34,759 nucleotides of DNA, from the NCBI GenBank assembly GCA_031268525.1, contig JAIRXA010000085.1, positions 1 to 34,759 on the forward strand, written 5' to 3'. This DNA is from Coriobacteriales bacterium. GTDB lineage: Bacteria > Actinomycetota > Coriobacteriia > Coriobacteriales > UBA8131. Each line of letters starts with the position of its first letter. Within the stretch, counting starts at the first letter, position 1. Below the pieces are notes generated by a model that saw only the letters and a program-made list of their open reading frames with translations, was not told the DNA's origin and searched no databases. Position numbers and translations under genes: made by a program. Below, in pieces: positions 19,701-27,862 of this stretch.

Positions 19701-19895
19701 ATAACCCGTCTGGATAACCGTCTCTCCCGCCTCGCCAAGGACATTGAGGACATGAAAGTCGACAGGGAGGCGCTCATCAATCGTCGCGACGACATCGCCA
19801 ATTCGCTGGGTACCCCCGAGAGCTACAGCTCTCAGATAAAGGCCAAACAGCTCAAGCTGGACGAGCTGGATACACAGATACAGGAAGGTGCGTGA
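16749..19895 (+). CDS. SNF2-like SF2 helicase (helicase part of DarB-like methylase-helicase proteins) with C-terminal coiled coil
   Basis: LLAHEVGVGKT, FIDEVHKYKN, LATGTP, HHLDTPWRPADMIQREGRGLRPGN. Start set to ATG 16749 (GAAAGGTGA RBS). Confidence 0.88.
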   Translation: MAITEIELIPLDDRSSGGAAVNAALLGPRQALTLSVRNLGKVDPEYIARLCGVSTEDAIDRLSGHIYQNPETWQGDAMQGWELAGGYLSGNVYLKLDAALRARSNSNAHGRFEANIQALKEVLPAAIPFANIYYGLGTPWIKESIYNAFVKEVLFGISGGGRLDLVTYDKAKNKWCIRSKRKLSKSTRGDFGTTYQGCGTLELLEDRMNLKSTVVKHEISDPAAKGGTRRVTDEKATAFTQRQQERLGEAFVTWVGNNEAVQCSIASSFNARFGYMLRKRFSGSYLDFPGLAEGIELFQCQRDAIARILLTPNTLLAHEVGVGKTYTMIVSGMLMRQMGISSKNLYAVPNDIVGQWEDFFRTLYPEAAILVITPDVMVPTLRNETLKEACTGDYDAIIMSHSVFERIPLRRPPKPVERRGSSKKAESCKPYKHVLYWFEDLGVNTLFIDEVHKYKNIPLHSRINNVYGLNITGADTSADVLAKVRCVQKMNGGGGVVLATGTPITNSLADVFAWQSMCQPSLLKMLNIDTFDKWVSTFAERTEEYEITLAGKPRLTTRFRCFCNLPELASLMSQFTDFHRLDMRDDLPKLDKYSEHVVAMNEYQEWVFEDFSGRIEKIRCRQVHPKDDNMLMVYTDARKTSLDVRLFDTAFVSKMECKVQRCARQIYEIYLAGADGLLTQLVFCDTSTPKNSFNIFDELTNELLALGIPRSEIAFVQDNTTTEQYKKALVAEMNSGRVRILVGSTAKGGTGFNVQERLVAIHHLDTPWRPADMIQREGRGLRPGNTNKQLFIYRYLTEKSFDAYQYQILETKQELIAQFMSGSFPFREVEDLGAAVLDYGQVKALLEDNPRIKERLDIANDITRLRLLLKGDEENRLALRSELAAIPAKIAEMDAHLAAASADSLTAAAAPAPLATQEDRKRHGAYILWAAEDIACGERRELGSYRGFGLSIAKEAEGEDLAVYAVLDGQGQYRVKLGESAAGAITRLDNRLSRLAKDIEDMKVDREALINRRDDIANSLGTPESYSSQIKAKQLKLDELDTQIQEGA

Positions 19896-21004
19896 TCCAG
19901 ATGAAGAAGGATGCCAATACAGGCGTTGCCCTGCAGGCAGCCATCAGTTCGGTCGCTGACCTCTATGTTGGCGCTCTCAATCAGGGGCTCTCGCCATCCA
20001 ACTTACCTCCGTTCATGCTTTGGGGGCCGCCGGGGGTCGGCAAGTCGCAGGGCGTGAGGCAGATCGCGCTCGACGTTGGGAAGCGCACTGGCAGGAAGGC
20101 CGTAGTCACCGACGTGCGTCTGATGCTCTTCAATCCCGTAGACCTGCGTGGCATACCGGTGGCCAATGCCGAGCGTACGCTAGCGGTTTGGCTCAAGCCG
20201 GAGGTTTTTGATATGGACGCCGACGACGGCATCGTCAACGTCCTGTTTTTGGACGAGATCAGTGCCGCACCACCGTCCGTGCAGGCCACGGCCTACCAGA
20301 TCACCTTGGATCGCCGCATCGGCGAACATAGGCTGCCAGATAACTGCATCGTCATAGCAGCAGGCAACCGTGTGACCGACCGCTCGGTGGCCTACAAAAT
20401 GCCCAAGGCACTCGCGAACCGGCTTTGCCACATCGACGTGCGTGCGGACCACAGGACGTGGAAGGCTTGGGCTGTGCGATCTGGCATAGACCCCCGCATC
20501 CTGGGCTTCTTGGAGTTTCAGCCAGACCGGCTCATGCGTTTTGACACTGCGACAGACGACCATGCCTTCGCCACGCCACGCTCTTGGGAGATGCTCAGCC
20601 GCGTGCTCGACTGCCTCACTGGCGATGACAGCGGGCTATTTCTACTGACGTCGGGCTGTGTTGGCGAGGGGGTGGCTACGGAGTTCCTCACCTGGATTGA
20701 TGTTTATGATAGTCTGCCCGACATTGCTGCCATCTTTGACGGCAAGGATGTTGAGGTGCCCAAATCGACTGACGCCTTATATGCGCTCGTTTCCTCGATG
20801 GTTGCCTACGCCAGGGACAACCTGGATGATGAATGGCGCATCGAACGCTCAATAGCCTACGGGACACGCCTGCCAGTGGATTATACGGTTGTACTCTTCC
20901 GCGATTACCAATCTATCAGTGAGCAGTCTAAGCGTTTGCTCATGCGCTCAGAAGCTCTCAACGACTGGAGCATAGCACACGGGAGATTCTTTAATGATAT
21001 CTGA
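19892..21004 (+). CDS. MoxR-like AAA+ ATPase
   Basis: Walker A WGPPGVGKS, Walker B LFLDE, AAGNR, ALANR and TPRSW; GTGA overlap with the helicase stop. Confidence 0.92.
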   Translation: MIQMKKDANTGVALQAAISSVADLYVGALNQGLSPSNLPPFMLWGPPGVGKSQGVRQIALDVGKRTGRKAVVTDVRLMLFNPVDLRGIPVANAERTLAVWLKPEVFDMDADDGIVNVLFLDEISAAPPSVQATAYQITLDRRIGEHRLPDNCIVIAAGNRVTDRSVAYKMPKALANRLCHIDVRADHRTWKAWAVRSGIDPRILGFLEFQPDRLMRFDTATDDHAFATPRSWEMLSRVLDCLTGDDSGLFLLTSGCVGEGVATEFLTWIDVYDSLPDIAAIFDGKDVEVPKSTDALYALVSSMVAYARDNLDDEWRIERSIAYGTRLPVDYTVVLFRDYQSISEQSKRLLMRSEALNDWSIAHGRFFNDI

Positions 21005-22280
21005 TGACGGATACGCGCGCAGAGCTGCGGATCGGCTCCTGCGCTCGCGCACGCGCCTGCTGCTCGACCATGGTTTCTTTGGACTACTGCTGATGCACAT
21101 GCACTTCGCCCTGGACGATACATTCGGCATGGCGGCGACAGACGGCGACTTCATCTACTTCTCCCCAGAGTTTCTGGCAAACATCAGCGACGAGGAGTTG
21201 GACTTCATCATGATGCACGAGGTGATGCATACAGCGCTTGCCCACACCTCGCGTGTCAGCGAGCGGGACAGTTTCGCCTTCAACGTGGCCTGCGACATCG
21301 TGGTTAACTCTATCATCATCAAGGAGATGGGAAGGGGGTCGTTCTCGCTCGAGAAGTATGGCCCAGCCATGCACCTGGCGCCCAGTGGCAGGGAGGGTTA
21401 TCTCTACTCCGCTGAGGAGGTCTACGAGATGCTTGGTAAATACAAATTACAGTGCGACCAGGCCTCTGATGGAGCAGGAGGAGGCACAGCGAAAGGCAAA
21501 GGTGCGGCCAGTGGCAGGCGTGAAGCGAACGGCAGAGGTACGGCCAGTGGCAGGCGTGAAACGAACGACAGAGGCGAGATACTTGATGACCACTCGCGCT
21601 GGGGCAAGCATGCTGGTGACGACAGGCATCAGGCGACTTGGCGGCAGCGCATCCTGGCTGCTGCAAAGGCTATGGAGCGCAGGGAACGGGATTGCGGCAG
21701 GCTCCCGCTGTTCGCTGAGAGGCTTGTCAGGGAGCTTGCGGAGTCAAAGGTGGACTGGCGCTCCGTACTTCAGAATTTCATTCAGGAGGAGGTCTTCGAC
21801 TACGGCTTCCAGCCACCGGACAAGCGCTACCAGGATGGCGACTTCCTGCTGCCAGACTTCAACGATAAGCGCAACGTGCTACACAACGTCATGTTCTACG
21901 TCGATGCTTCCGGGTCGGTATCCAACCAGGAACTTGTCGAAGCCATGAGCGAGGTCGTCGGGGCGGTCGAGCAGTTCGGCGGCTGCCTGACTGGCTACGT
22001 CTCCTTCTTTGACGCGAAGGTTGGCAAGCCCCTGCCATTCGATGATGTGTCCGACCTTAACAGAGCTGCCGTGTGCGGCGGTGGCGGCACCAGCTTCCAG
22101 ACCGTGTTCGATAGCCTCCAAGGTTTTGCCAAAGACAACCCCGTCTCCTGCGCCATAGTACTCACAGATGGCTATGCGCCCTACCCTGCAGAGAGTGCAG
22201 CGGCAGATATACCGATACTCTGGCTCATCAACAACGAGAAGAAGACCCCTCCTTGGGGACTGGTAGTGAGGATGGATTAA
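20994..22280 (+). CDS. DUF2201-type metallopeptidase plus vWA-like domain protein
   Basis: AATDG, MHEVMH, NVACD, DDHSRW, VDASGSV, GGGGTSF and LTDGY motifs; typical partner of this AAA family. Confidence 0.9.
   Translation: MISDDGYARRAADRLLRSRTRLLLDHGFFGLLLMHMHFALDDTFGMAATDGDFIYFSPEFLANISDEELDFIMMHEVMHTALAHTSRVSERDSFAFNVACDIVVNSIIIKEMGRGSFSLEKYGPAMHLAPSGREGYLYSAEEVYEMLGKYKLQCDQASDGAGGGTAKGKGAASGRREANGRGTASGRRETNDRGEILDDHSRWGKHAGDDRHQATWRQRILAAAKAMERRERDCGRLPLFAERLVRELAESKVDWRSVLQNFIQEEVFDYGFQPPDKRYQDGDFLLPDFNDKRNVLHNVMFYVDASGSVSNQELVEAMSEVVGAVEQFGGCLTGYVSFFDAKVGKPLPFDDVSDLNRAAVCGGGGTSFQTVFDSLQGFAKDNPVSCAIVLTDGYAPYPAESAAADIPILWLINNEKKTPPWGLVVRMD
21501..21572. repeat. 36-bp tandem duplication in the DUF2201 linker
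   Basis: GGTGCGGCCAGTGGCAGGCGTGAAGCGAACGGCAGA / GGTACGGCCAGTGGCAGGCGTGAAACGAACGACAGA. Confidence 0.9.
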
Positions 22281-22302
22281 GCAGACAGATGAAGAACTCG
22301 GA

Positions 22303-22791
22303 TTACTCTACTGTTTTGCTGGGCTTCGCCAGCACATCATTGAGGCCAATGTAGCCTCTGGAGAAAGCCAAGAGCTTGAGACTGTATGTATCCATCAGCT
22401 TGTTTGAGTAGGAGACGATCTCATCAATTATCTCAGCTGTAACTACCATGTCCTTATAGCGTGAACTGTTGCGATAGATAATCTCACGCATCTCCGTCAC
22501 CACCGAAAACGAGCCACTGAGCAAAGTCGTGTTGATGAGACAGCACGCCCACATGGCTTCTTCCAGTTTTTCTGTCGGGAGGCTGAATGGCAGGAAGCTA
22601 GCGACGGTGATCCGCTCGCCTTTTCCGTTTGTTTCTATAAAGAAGCAGGCGTCCAGGTCTTTACCTCTGATGTTGTAGTGGATGGTGAGCTCTTTGTCGT
22701 CGGCCTCATAATGCCAGCCGCGTTTGTCAAAATAACTCTTAATCGTCGCGTACGTTGCTGTTGCGTTTGATGTCTTGGTCTTGTCTCCCAT
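22303..22791 (-). CDS. YbjN / T3SS-chaperone-fold protein
   Basis: YFDKRGWHY...CLINTTLLSGSFSV...EIIYR pattern. Start set to ATG 22791 (GGAGG RBS). Confidence 0.7.
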   Translation of the reverse strand: MGDKTKTSNATATYATIKSYFDKRGWHYEADDKELTIHYNIRGKDLDACFFIETNGKGERITVASFLPFSLPTEKLEEAMWACCLINTTLLSGSFSVVTEMREIIYRNSSRYKDMVVTAEIIDEIVSYSNKLMDTYSLKLLAFSRGYIGLNDVLAKPSKTVE

Positions 22792-22793
22792 GG

Positions 22794-23777
22794 TTAATCC
22801 TCCCGAGTATTCATCCAAAGGCCGATCAGTCCTTTGGTGTCTATTTCGCCTTTGTTCAACGCTTCGAAGTGAGGGTAGAGATCATCCACTGTGCGAAGCG
22901 TGCTGTAGAGCATCACACCAAACAGCTTGTTCCCTGGTAGGCTGCTACGGTAGTAGGCGGAGGAAACATAGTCCAGCCTGTCACGCTCTGGGTCAAAAAT
23001 AAAGCATCCGACCGACAGATACTGGTTTATTTCGTTTATGCATCTTAGGAATTCGCTGCCTTGGGCTGCGTCGATAGCAAGTATTACCTTTGCGACTATT
23101 CGCAGACATCCAGACTGAGGAATTACCCTGAAACAAACAGGCACTCTCGTGCTCCTGAACTTGATAGCTGTGGTAATGGTGCGTTTTTCATCATCGCTGG
23201 AGTACAGCAATTCCTCATTGTCAAGAAAAGCGCAGAGTTTGCCAAAAATCAATTCAGCCTGCCCCAACTCATCCAAGCCGTCCATGTCAGCTCGCTCCAA
23301 GAGTTTGCGCCGCGCGGCATCTTCTGAAGCAATCTTCTCAAGTATTGCGGCACTGCGCTCCGTCAACTCCTTCTTAATCTCGCCGAAGACAGCAGCTACC
23401 ACCATGCGATAGTCCGGGCAATTTCTCGCAAGCCACATCATTGCGCCGAACTCGCTCATTATGGCCTCCGAATCCAAGCTCTGGCCATGCGAGGCTCTGT
23501 TCTCGTAGAAGCGCTCGAGCGTCTGACGGTTCTCGGGTATGTCGAGAGGGAAGTTACGACTCAGCCATCCGCGCATTATCTCGGTGTCTTTGTCTACAAA
23601 CGCCCCAAACTCATCGATTATCTCATCGCTCAGGCCTTCGGTTATCTTTTTTCCAACGCGCATCTCCAAATCGGCATATAGGTCCGAAATGAACCGAGTC
23701 TTCCGTTTTTCCGGCATCGAGCCAAGCCCTATCTCTTCGAGAAAGTCGTTGTCTAGTTTGAGCTTATCCATTATCAT
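22794..23777 (-). CDS. DUF5663-like N-terminal domain fused to a YbjN-like domain
   Basis: N-terminus KLDNDFLEEIGLG..LEMRVG..EGLSD..DEFGAFVD..SEFGAMMWL..PDYR.VV..EIKKE. C-terminus FLDNEELLY..INEINQYLSVGCFIFD. Confidence 0.72.
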   Translation of the reverse strand: MIMDKLKLDNDFLEEIGLGSMPEKRKTRFISDLYADLEMRVGKKITEGLSDEIIDEFGAFVDKDTEIMRGWLSRNFPLDIPENRQTLERFYENRASHGQSLDSEAIMSEFGAMMWLARNCPDYRMVVAAVFGEIKKELTERSAAILEKIASEDAARRKLLERADMDGLDELGQAELIFGKLCAFLDNEELLYSSDDEKRTITTAIKFRSTRVPVCFRVIPQSGCLRIVAKVILAIDAAQGSEFLRCINEINQYLSVGCFIFDPERDRLDYVSSAYYRSSLPGNKLFGVMLYSTLRTVDDLYPHFEALNKGEIDTKGLIGLWMNTRED

Positions 23778-25582
23778 GCCTTCTTTCTGCTCTTACCCTT
23801 GCGGCCAGTTTTTCCGTCAGTTTTGTCTCCGGGCTGGTTGGGCTGGTCGCCTCCCGGCTTCTCAGTTTGCGCAGCGCTGGTCTTCTGCGTTTTCTTATGC
23901 CTCACATCCTGCCGCTTCGCTTCTAAAAACGACAAGTCGTCCCATGAGATCGAGGTGGTGCTGTCAGCCTGTTGAGACTTTGGCTCCACCTTGGCTTCTT
24001 TGTCTTGAGCAGGCGGGGTTTTACTCTCTGGTGCAGTCATGCTGGCAAGCATGTCTGCAAGTTCTTGGACGGTGCCCGTATCAGTACCACTGCCCTCGAT
24101 TTGTGCGCGGACGGTCTCTATTTTCTTCTTTTGGCTCTGCTTGGGCTTGGCACTTTTTGTATCGACCTCTTTGCCATCCCTCCGCCGCCAGATGCCCTCT
24201 TCTACCATGCGTTTGCGTATCTGTGTCGCCGTGGTGTCATCTTGCGCTTTTGGCGCAAGTGGTACAGAGACGACAACGGGCTTAAGCTCCCTGTTGTCGA
24301 ACAAGAGCCTGACCATCGCTTTGTAGCGCCCGATGTGGCGCACAGAGTCGATGTCGATGTCAAACTGGTCGGCAATCACTCGTGCATCATTGGCTCCCAC
24401 CCTGAAGCAGGCGATGGTGCCAACGTTGCCGAGGACGGCCTCCAGGAGAGAATGGTCCTGGCTTCCGGTGTGTAGATTAAAACGGATCAGCTGGCGGATG
24501 TTCTGGTTTGCGAGGATAAAGCCGCAGCCGAACTTGCGTGCCTCAGCCAACAACACAGCGAAGTCTGGGGTTGCGAAACGCTGGAACTCGTCGATGTACA
24601 CGTAGTGCTTACGCAATGGTTCGTCGCCTTTGAGGCACCGCTTCATGATGGCGTTCTTGATAAGCGCTACAAAATACGAGCCTATGAAGTCCGCTACACT
24701 GGTGCCAACGAGAGCCTCGGGTATCTTAACGATGAGTATCTTGCCGTTCTCGATAATCTCCTCAATGTCGATAGTTGTCTTGCCGCCGCCGAGAAAGAAG
24801 CGCAGCGTGGGGTCGGACACCCACTCGTGTATTTTAGAGAGGAACCAATGGATGGTGGAATCCCAATCGCTGTCACGACGGGAGCGTTTCTCCAGGTTCC
24901 ACTGTTCAACCAGACGCGTGCTCTTGATGGACTTCAGCGCATCGCCCAGATGGGCATCGTTGATGCTCAGAGCTTCAACCTCGGTAATGCTGCGCTCGAA
25001 TGGATAGCCGGGGTCCATGATGGTCTCCAGGCGCAAGCGCATAAGCTCTTCGCCACGAGGGCCGTAGTAACCTTCTGGCATCCTGCTGGATATCAGGGCG
25101 TTGAGGGTTTGCACAACAAGTGTCTTTTTTGCTTCATCGTTACAGTCAGCGTTCAAGAGATTGATTATCGGAAGGTACTCAGTGTTGGAGAAGTCCGCCA
25201 ACACTACGTCATTGAGGCGGTTTGGTGGAATTTTGGCCAATATCCTGTCGGCGGTCTTGCCGTGGGGGTCAATGAACGTAATCCCGTTGCCTTGGTTGAT
25301 ATCCTGCATTCCTGCATACTCAAACAAGTTGCTTTTGCCAGTTCCGGTCTTCCCAAAAAACCATGTTTGCTGCAATCTGTCTTCGGGAAACTGCCTGCAT
25401 TCCAGAATCTCTCCATGACTGAGGTAGTGCCCCAGGCTGACTCCCAAATCCAGGGTGTCCAACTCGTTTTTGAGATTGGAGTCCAGATTATAGCTGTCGC
25501 TTGTTTCTTTGCGATTCACTCTCTTGCCGCCTCTCCTGCTGATCTCTGAGTCGTTGATGAGTATTGTTTCAAAATCCCTCAT
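23774..25582 (-). CDS. Soluble VirD4/TrwB/HerA-like P-loop ATPase (DUF87-like)
   Basis: GKTGTGKS, FIDPHG, YIDEFQRF, AEARKFG, ILANQ and GNVGTIACFRVGANDA. No N-terminal TM; Lys-rich disordered tail. Confidence 0.88.
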   Translation of the reverse strand: MRDFETILINDSEISRRGGKRVNRKETSDSYNLDSNLKNELDTLDLGVSLGHYLSHGEILECRQFPEDRLQQTWFFGKTGTGKSNLFEYAGMQDINQGNGITFIDPHGKTADRILAKIPPNRLNDVVLADFSNTEYLPIINLLNADCNDEAKKTLVVQTLNALISSRMPEGYYGPRGEELMRLRLETIMDPGYPFERSITEVEALSINDAHLGDALKSIKSTRLVEQWNLEKRSRRDSDWDSTIHWFLSKIHEWVSDPTLRFFLGGGKTTIDIEEIIENGKILIVKIPEALVGTSVADFIGSYFVALIKNAIMKRCLKGDEPLRKHYVYIDEFQRFATPDFAVLLAEARKFGCGFILANQNIRQLIRFNLHTGSQDHSLLEAVLGNVGTIACFRVGANDARVIADQFDIDIDSVRHIGRYKAMVRLLFDNRELKPVVVSVPLAPKAQDDTTATQIRKRMVEEGIWRRRDGKEVDTKSAKPKQSQKKKIETVRAQIEGSGTDTGTVQELADMLASMTAPESKTPPAQDKEAKVEPKSQQADSTTSISWDDLSFLEAKRQDVRHKKTQKTSAAQTEKPGGDQPNQPGDKTDGKTGRKGKSRKKA

Positions 25583-25768
25583 TGCGACGGAATTTCTGAT
25601 GCTTTTCTGCCATGTACCTGCTTATCTCGATAATTCGGCTATACTATTCCATTGAAGGCAAGCACACGGTCATGCATGTAGCATTTTCATGTTTTCACGT
25701 CTGGTGCTTTCGGAATGTAGATGAGTTAAACGAATTGAAGAAGGCGTACCAATCGGAGGGCCGGGGAA

Positions 25769-27862
25769 ATGCCGAACGAAGAACGTGCAGAATCATTACA
25801 GAACCCGAATGACAACAATCCTGAAGCCAACGCGCTTGAATTCGAAGAAGCCGATCTGCCGGGAGCGCCAGGCGGAGAGGCGTATTTCAGAAAGTCCTTT
25901 GATAGGATGGGGAATCCGACGCAGGCAGCCATGCGTAGCCAGTATGAAGAAGCTTTCACAACCCCCGAAGAAACCCTCGAGTGGTTAGAGGGACTACCTA
26001 CCAGGGGGCACAATGCTTCAGAGAAGATGAAAGAGCTCGTTAATGAGAAACACTCAACTCTCTTTACTGCCATAGAACTCGCGTGCAAAAACGATAACGC
26101 CGCCTATGTTGAGACTCTCGTCGCATTGATCAGGGCTACAGCAGGGAATGACACGGCGGACGCAATGCGAGCAAACATTAGGAACTGGATTGCCGGAGAG
26201 AGTTGTCCCACCATAGAAACTCAGGCTTTCATACTCTGCTTCGCATTGCAGCTGGACGCCCTTGAGGCACAGGACTTCCTACAAAAAGCCTGCTATATGA
26301 ATGTCTATAACTTCAGGAAGACGAAGCACATTTTTTACAGCCTTGGCCTTCAGTTTGGGCTAACATACGATGGCACGGAATCAATCCTCATCAGATACCT
26401 GCATAAAACCATTTCGGCAGAGCAGAAAGAGGCGCTCCAAAACGGCGAAGCGTTGAAGTATATATTCTCCACCACACAGGGCGATGCGAAGATAAAAAAG
26501 TTCTGGGAATTTCTTATCCACAACAAAGATCTATTATCCGATACGTCGCCAGGTGCACATTTTTTGGCGTTATTGCAAGCATTACTGGCGAGTACTCCTC
26601 TGGCAAAAGAATGCCTAAAGCAGGTAGATCTCAACGCCGTTGTCGGCAATTCGTCTGAATGGATTGCAGGTTCTGACTTCGATGCGGTTTTCTCCGTAAT
26701 TGAAGACCAGAAGAGACGGGGCTCGCTCATCCGTTACCTCGACGAGCACTTTCTGCAAGGCCTCTCTCAGTATTGTGGCACACTACCACCGGAGACCGTT
26801 GCTGCAGTTTACGAGACTGCCTTTTCAAGAGTGTGGAATAACGCCGACTACATGATAAGAGTATATTACGACCTTGTAGCGCGCGATAACGCGCACAGAT
26901 ACGCGCCGAGAGGCGGGGGTACAACGCGAGCGCACGAGGCTGTCATGGATGTTGTGTTGAGAGGCGAGTATAGAGACCCGGATCTCTACGAAACGATAGA
27001 CACCATTCGTTACAAGCTGGTAGATTTACGCAACGAGCAGGATGACGTCGCAAGCCTACAAAATGAAATAGATGGCGCCCTGGATGAGATGGCCACACTT
27101 ATTGGTGGCTTATTGAGGGTGAGTTCGAAGAGCTTCATTGGCTACAGCAAAACTGCATACCAAAGGTACCTCTGGTATAGGATCAGGTTAACAAAGCAGA
27201 TAATCAGGGAATCCTCGGAAACAACAATGCCCCCGTCACCCGCAGGCGAGAGCATCGACGAGAACACCGTGGACTTGAAAGTCTTAGAAAGCTACGCCGA
27301 AGCTCTGCAAGAGCACGGCAAGGTTTCCGACCCCGAATTCGTCTTCAACCTGTATGGTAAATACGCCAACCTCACTCTACGGGCAAATGGCGAGCGACGA
27401 GACCGAAGTGAAAAAGAGATTGACATCAAGCTATTGGCACAAGCGGGCATCGAAGAGATGCCTGCAATAAATTATTTCTCGCGGGTACGAAAGAACCCGG
27501 CAACGCTTACAACAAGTGAGTGGGGCAGAAGCATTCTCTTTCTTTTCTATTTCTATGGTTTTGTCTCAGATAGCTACATCAGAGAGCTGGCAATAGAAAA
27601 GTTTTATGATGAGCACCCAGGGCTGGCAGGAGCAGAGGGCATTAGTCACGAGAATTATCTTTCATTTTATTATGGACTCTGCAAACTTGCCTATGATTGT
27701 GGCCTTGCGATACCGTATCCGAGAAGGCGATTTGACGCACTGCTACTGAGGGCAGCTGCAGAGCTGGATAACCGGAACAATGGCGATGACCAGCCGCTGG
27801 TGTACTTTGGTGAGCTTATTGAGTACGTTTACGATACTGATTCGGAGCGATATGATGCCTGA
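25769..27862 (+). CDS. Large hypothetical protein with a possible XRE-like HTH region
   Basis: 697-aa ORF with GGAGG upstream. RANIRNWIAG..P..FILCFALQLDALEAQDFL resembles an XRE-type HTH plus following helices. Confidence 0.6.
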   Translation: MPNEERAESLQNPNDNNPEANALEFEEADLPGAPGGEAYFRKSFDRMGNPTQAAMRSQYEEAFTTPEETLEWLEGLPTRGHNASEKMKELVNEKHSTLFTAIELACKNDNAAYVETLVALIRATAGNDTADAMRANIRNWIAGESCPTIETQAFILCFALQLDALEAQDFLQKACYMNVYNFRKTKHIFYSLGLQFGLTYDGTESILIRYLHKTISAEQKEALQNGEALKYIFSTTQGDAKIKKFWEFLIHNKDLLSDTSPGAHFLALLQALLASTPLAKECLKQVDLNAVVGNSSEWIAGSDFDAVFSVIEDQKRRGSLIRYLDEHFLQGLSQYCGTLPPETVAAVYETAFSRVWNNADYMIRVYYDLVARDNAHRYAPRGGGTTRAHEAVMDVVLRGEYRDPDLYETIDTIRYKLVDLRNEQDDVASLQNEIDGALDEMATLIGGLLRVSSKSFIGYSKTAYQRYLWYRIRLTKQIIRESSETTMPPSPAGESIDENTVDLKVLESYAEALQEHGKVSDPEFVFNLYGKYANLTLRANGERRDRSEKEIDIKLLAQAGIEEMPAINYFSRVRKNPATLTTSEWGRSILFLFYFYGFVSDSYIRELAIEKFYDEHPGLAGAEGISHENYLSFYYGLCKLAYDCGLAIPYPRRRFDALLLRAAAELDNRNNGDDQPLVYFGELIEYVYDTDSERYDA

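Noticed and set aside
16749-25582. Intact integrative conjugative element
   Set aside because: Despite a DarB-like helicase and a VirD4-like ATPase, no relaxase, VirB4/VirB6, integrase or att repeat is recognisable in the window.
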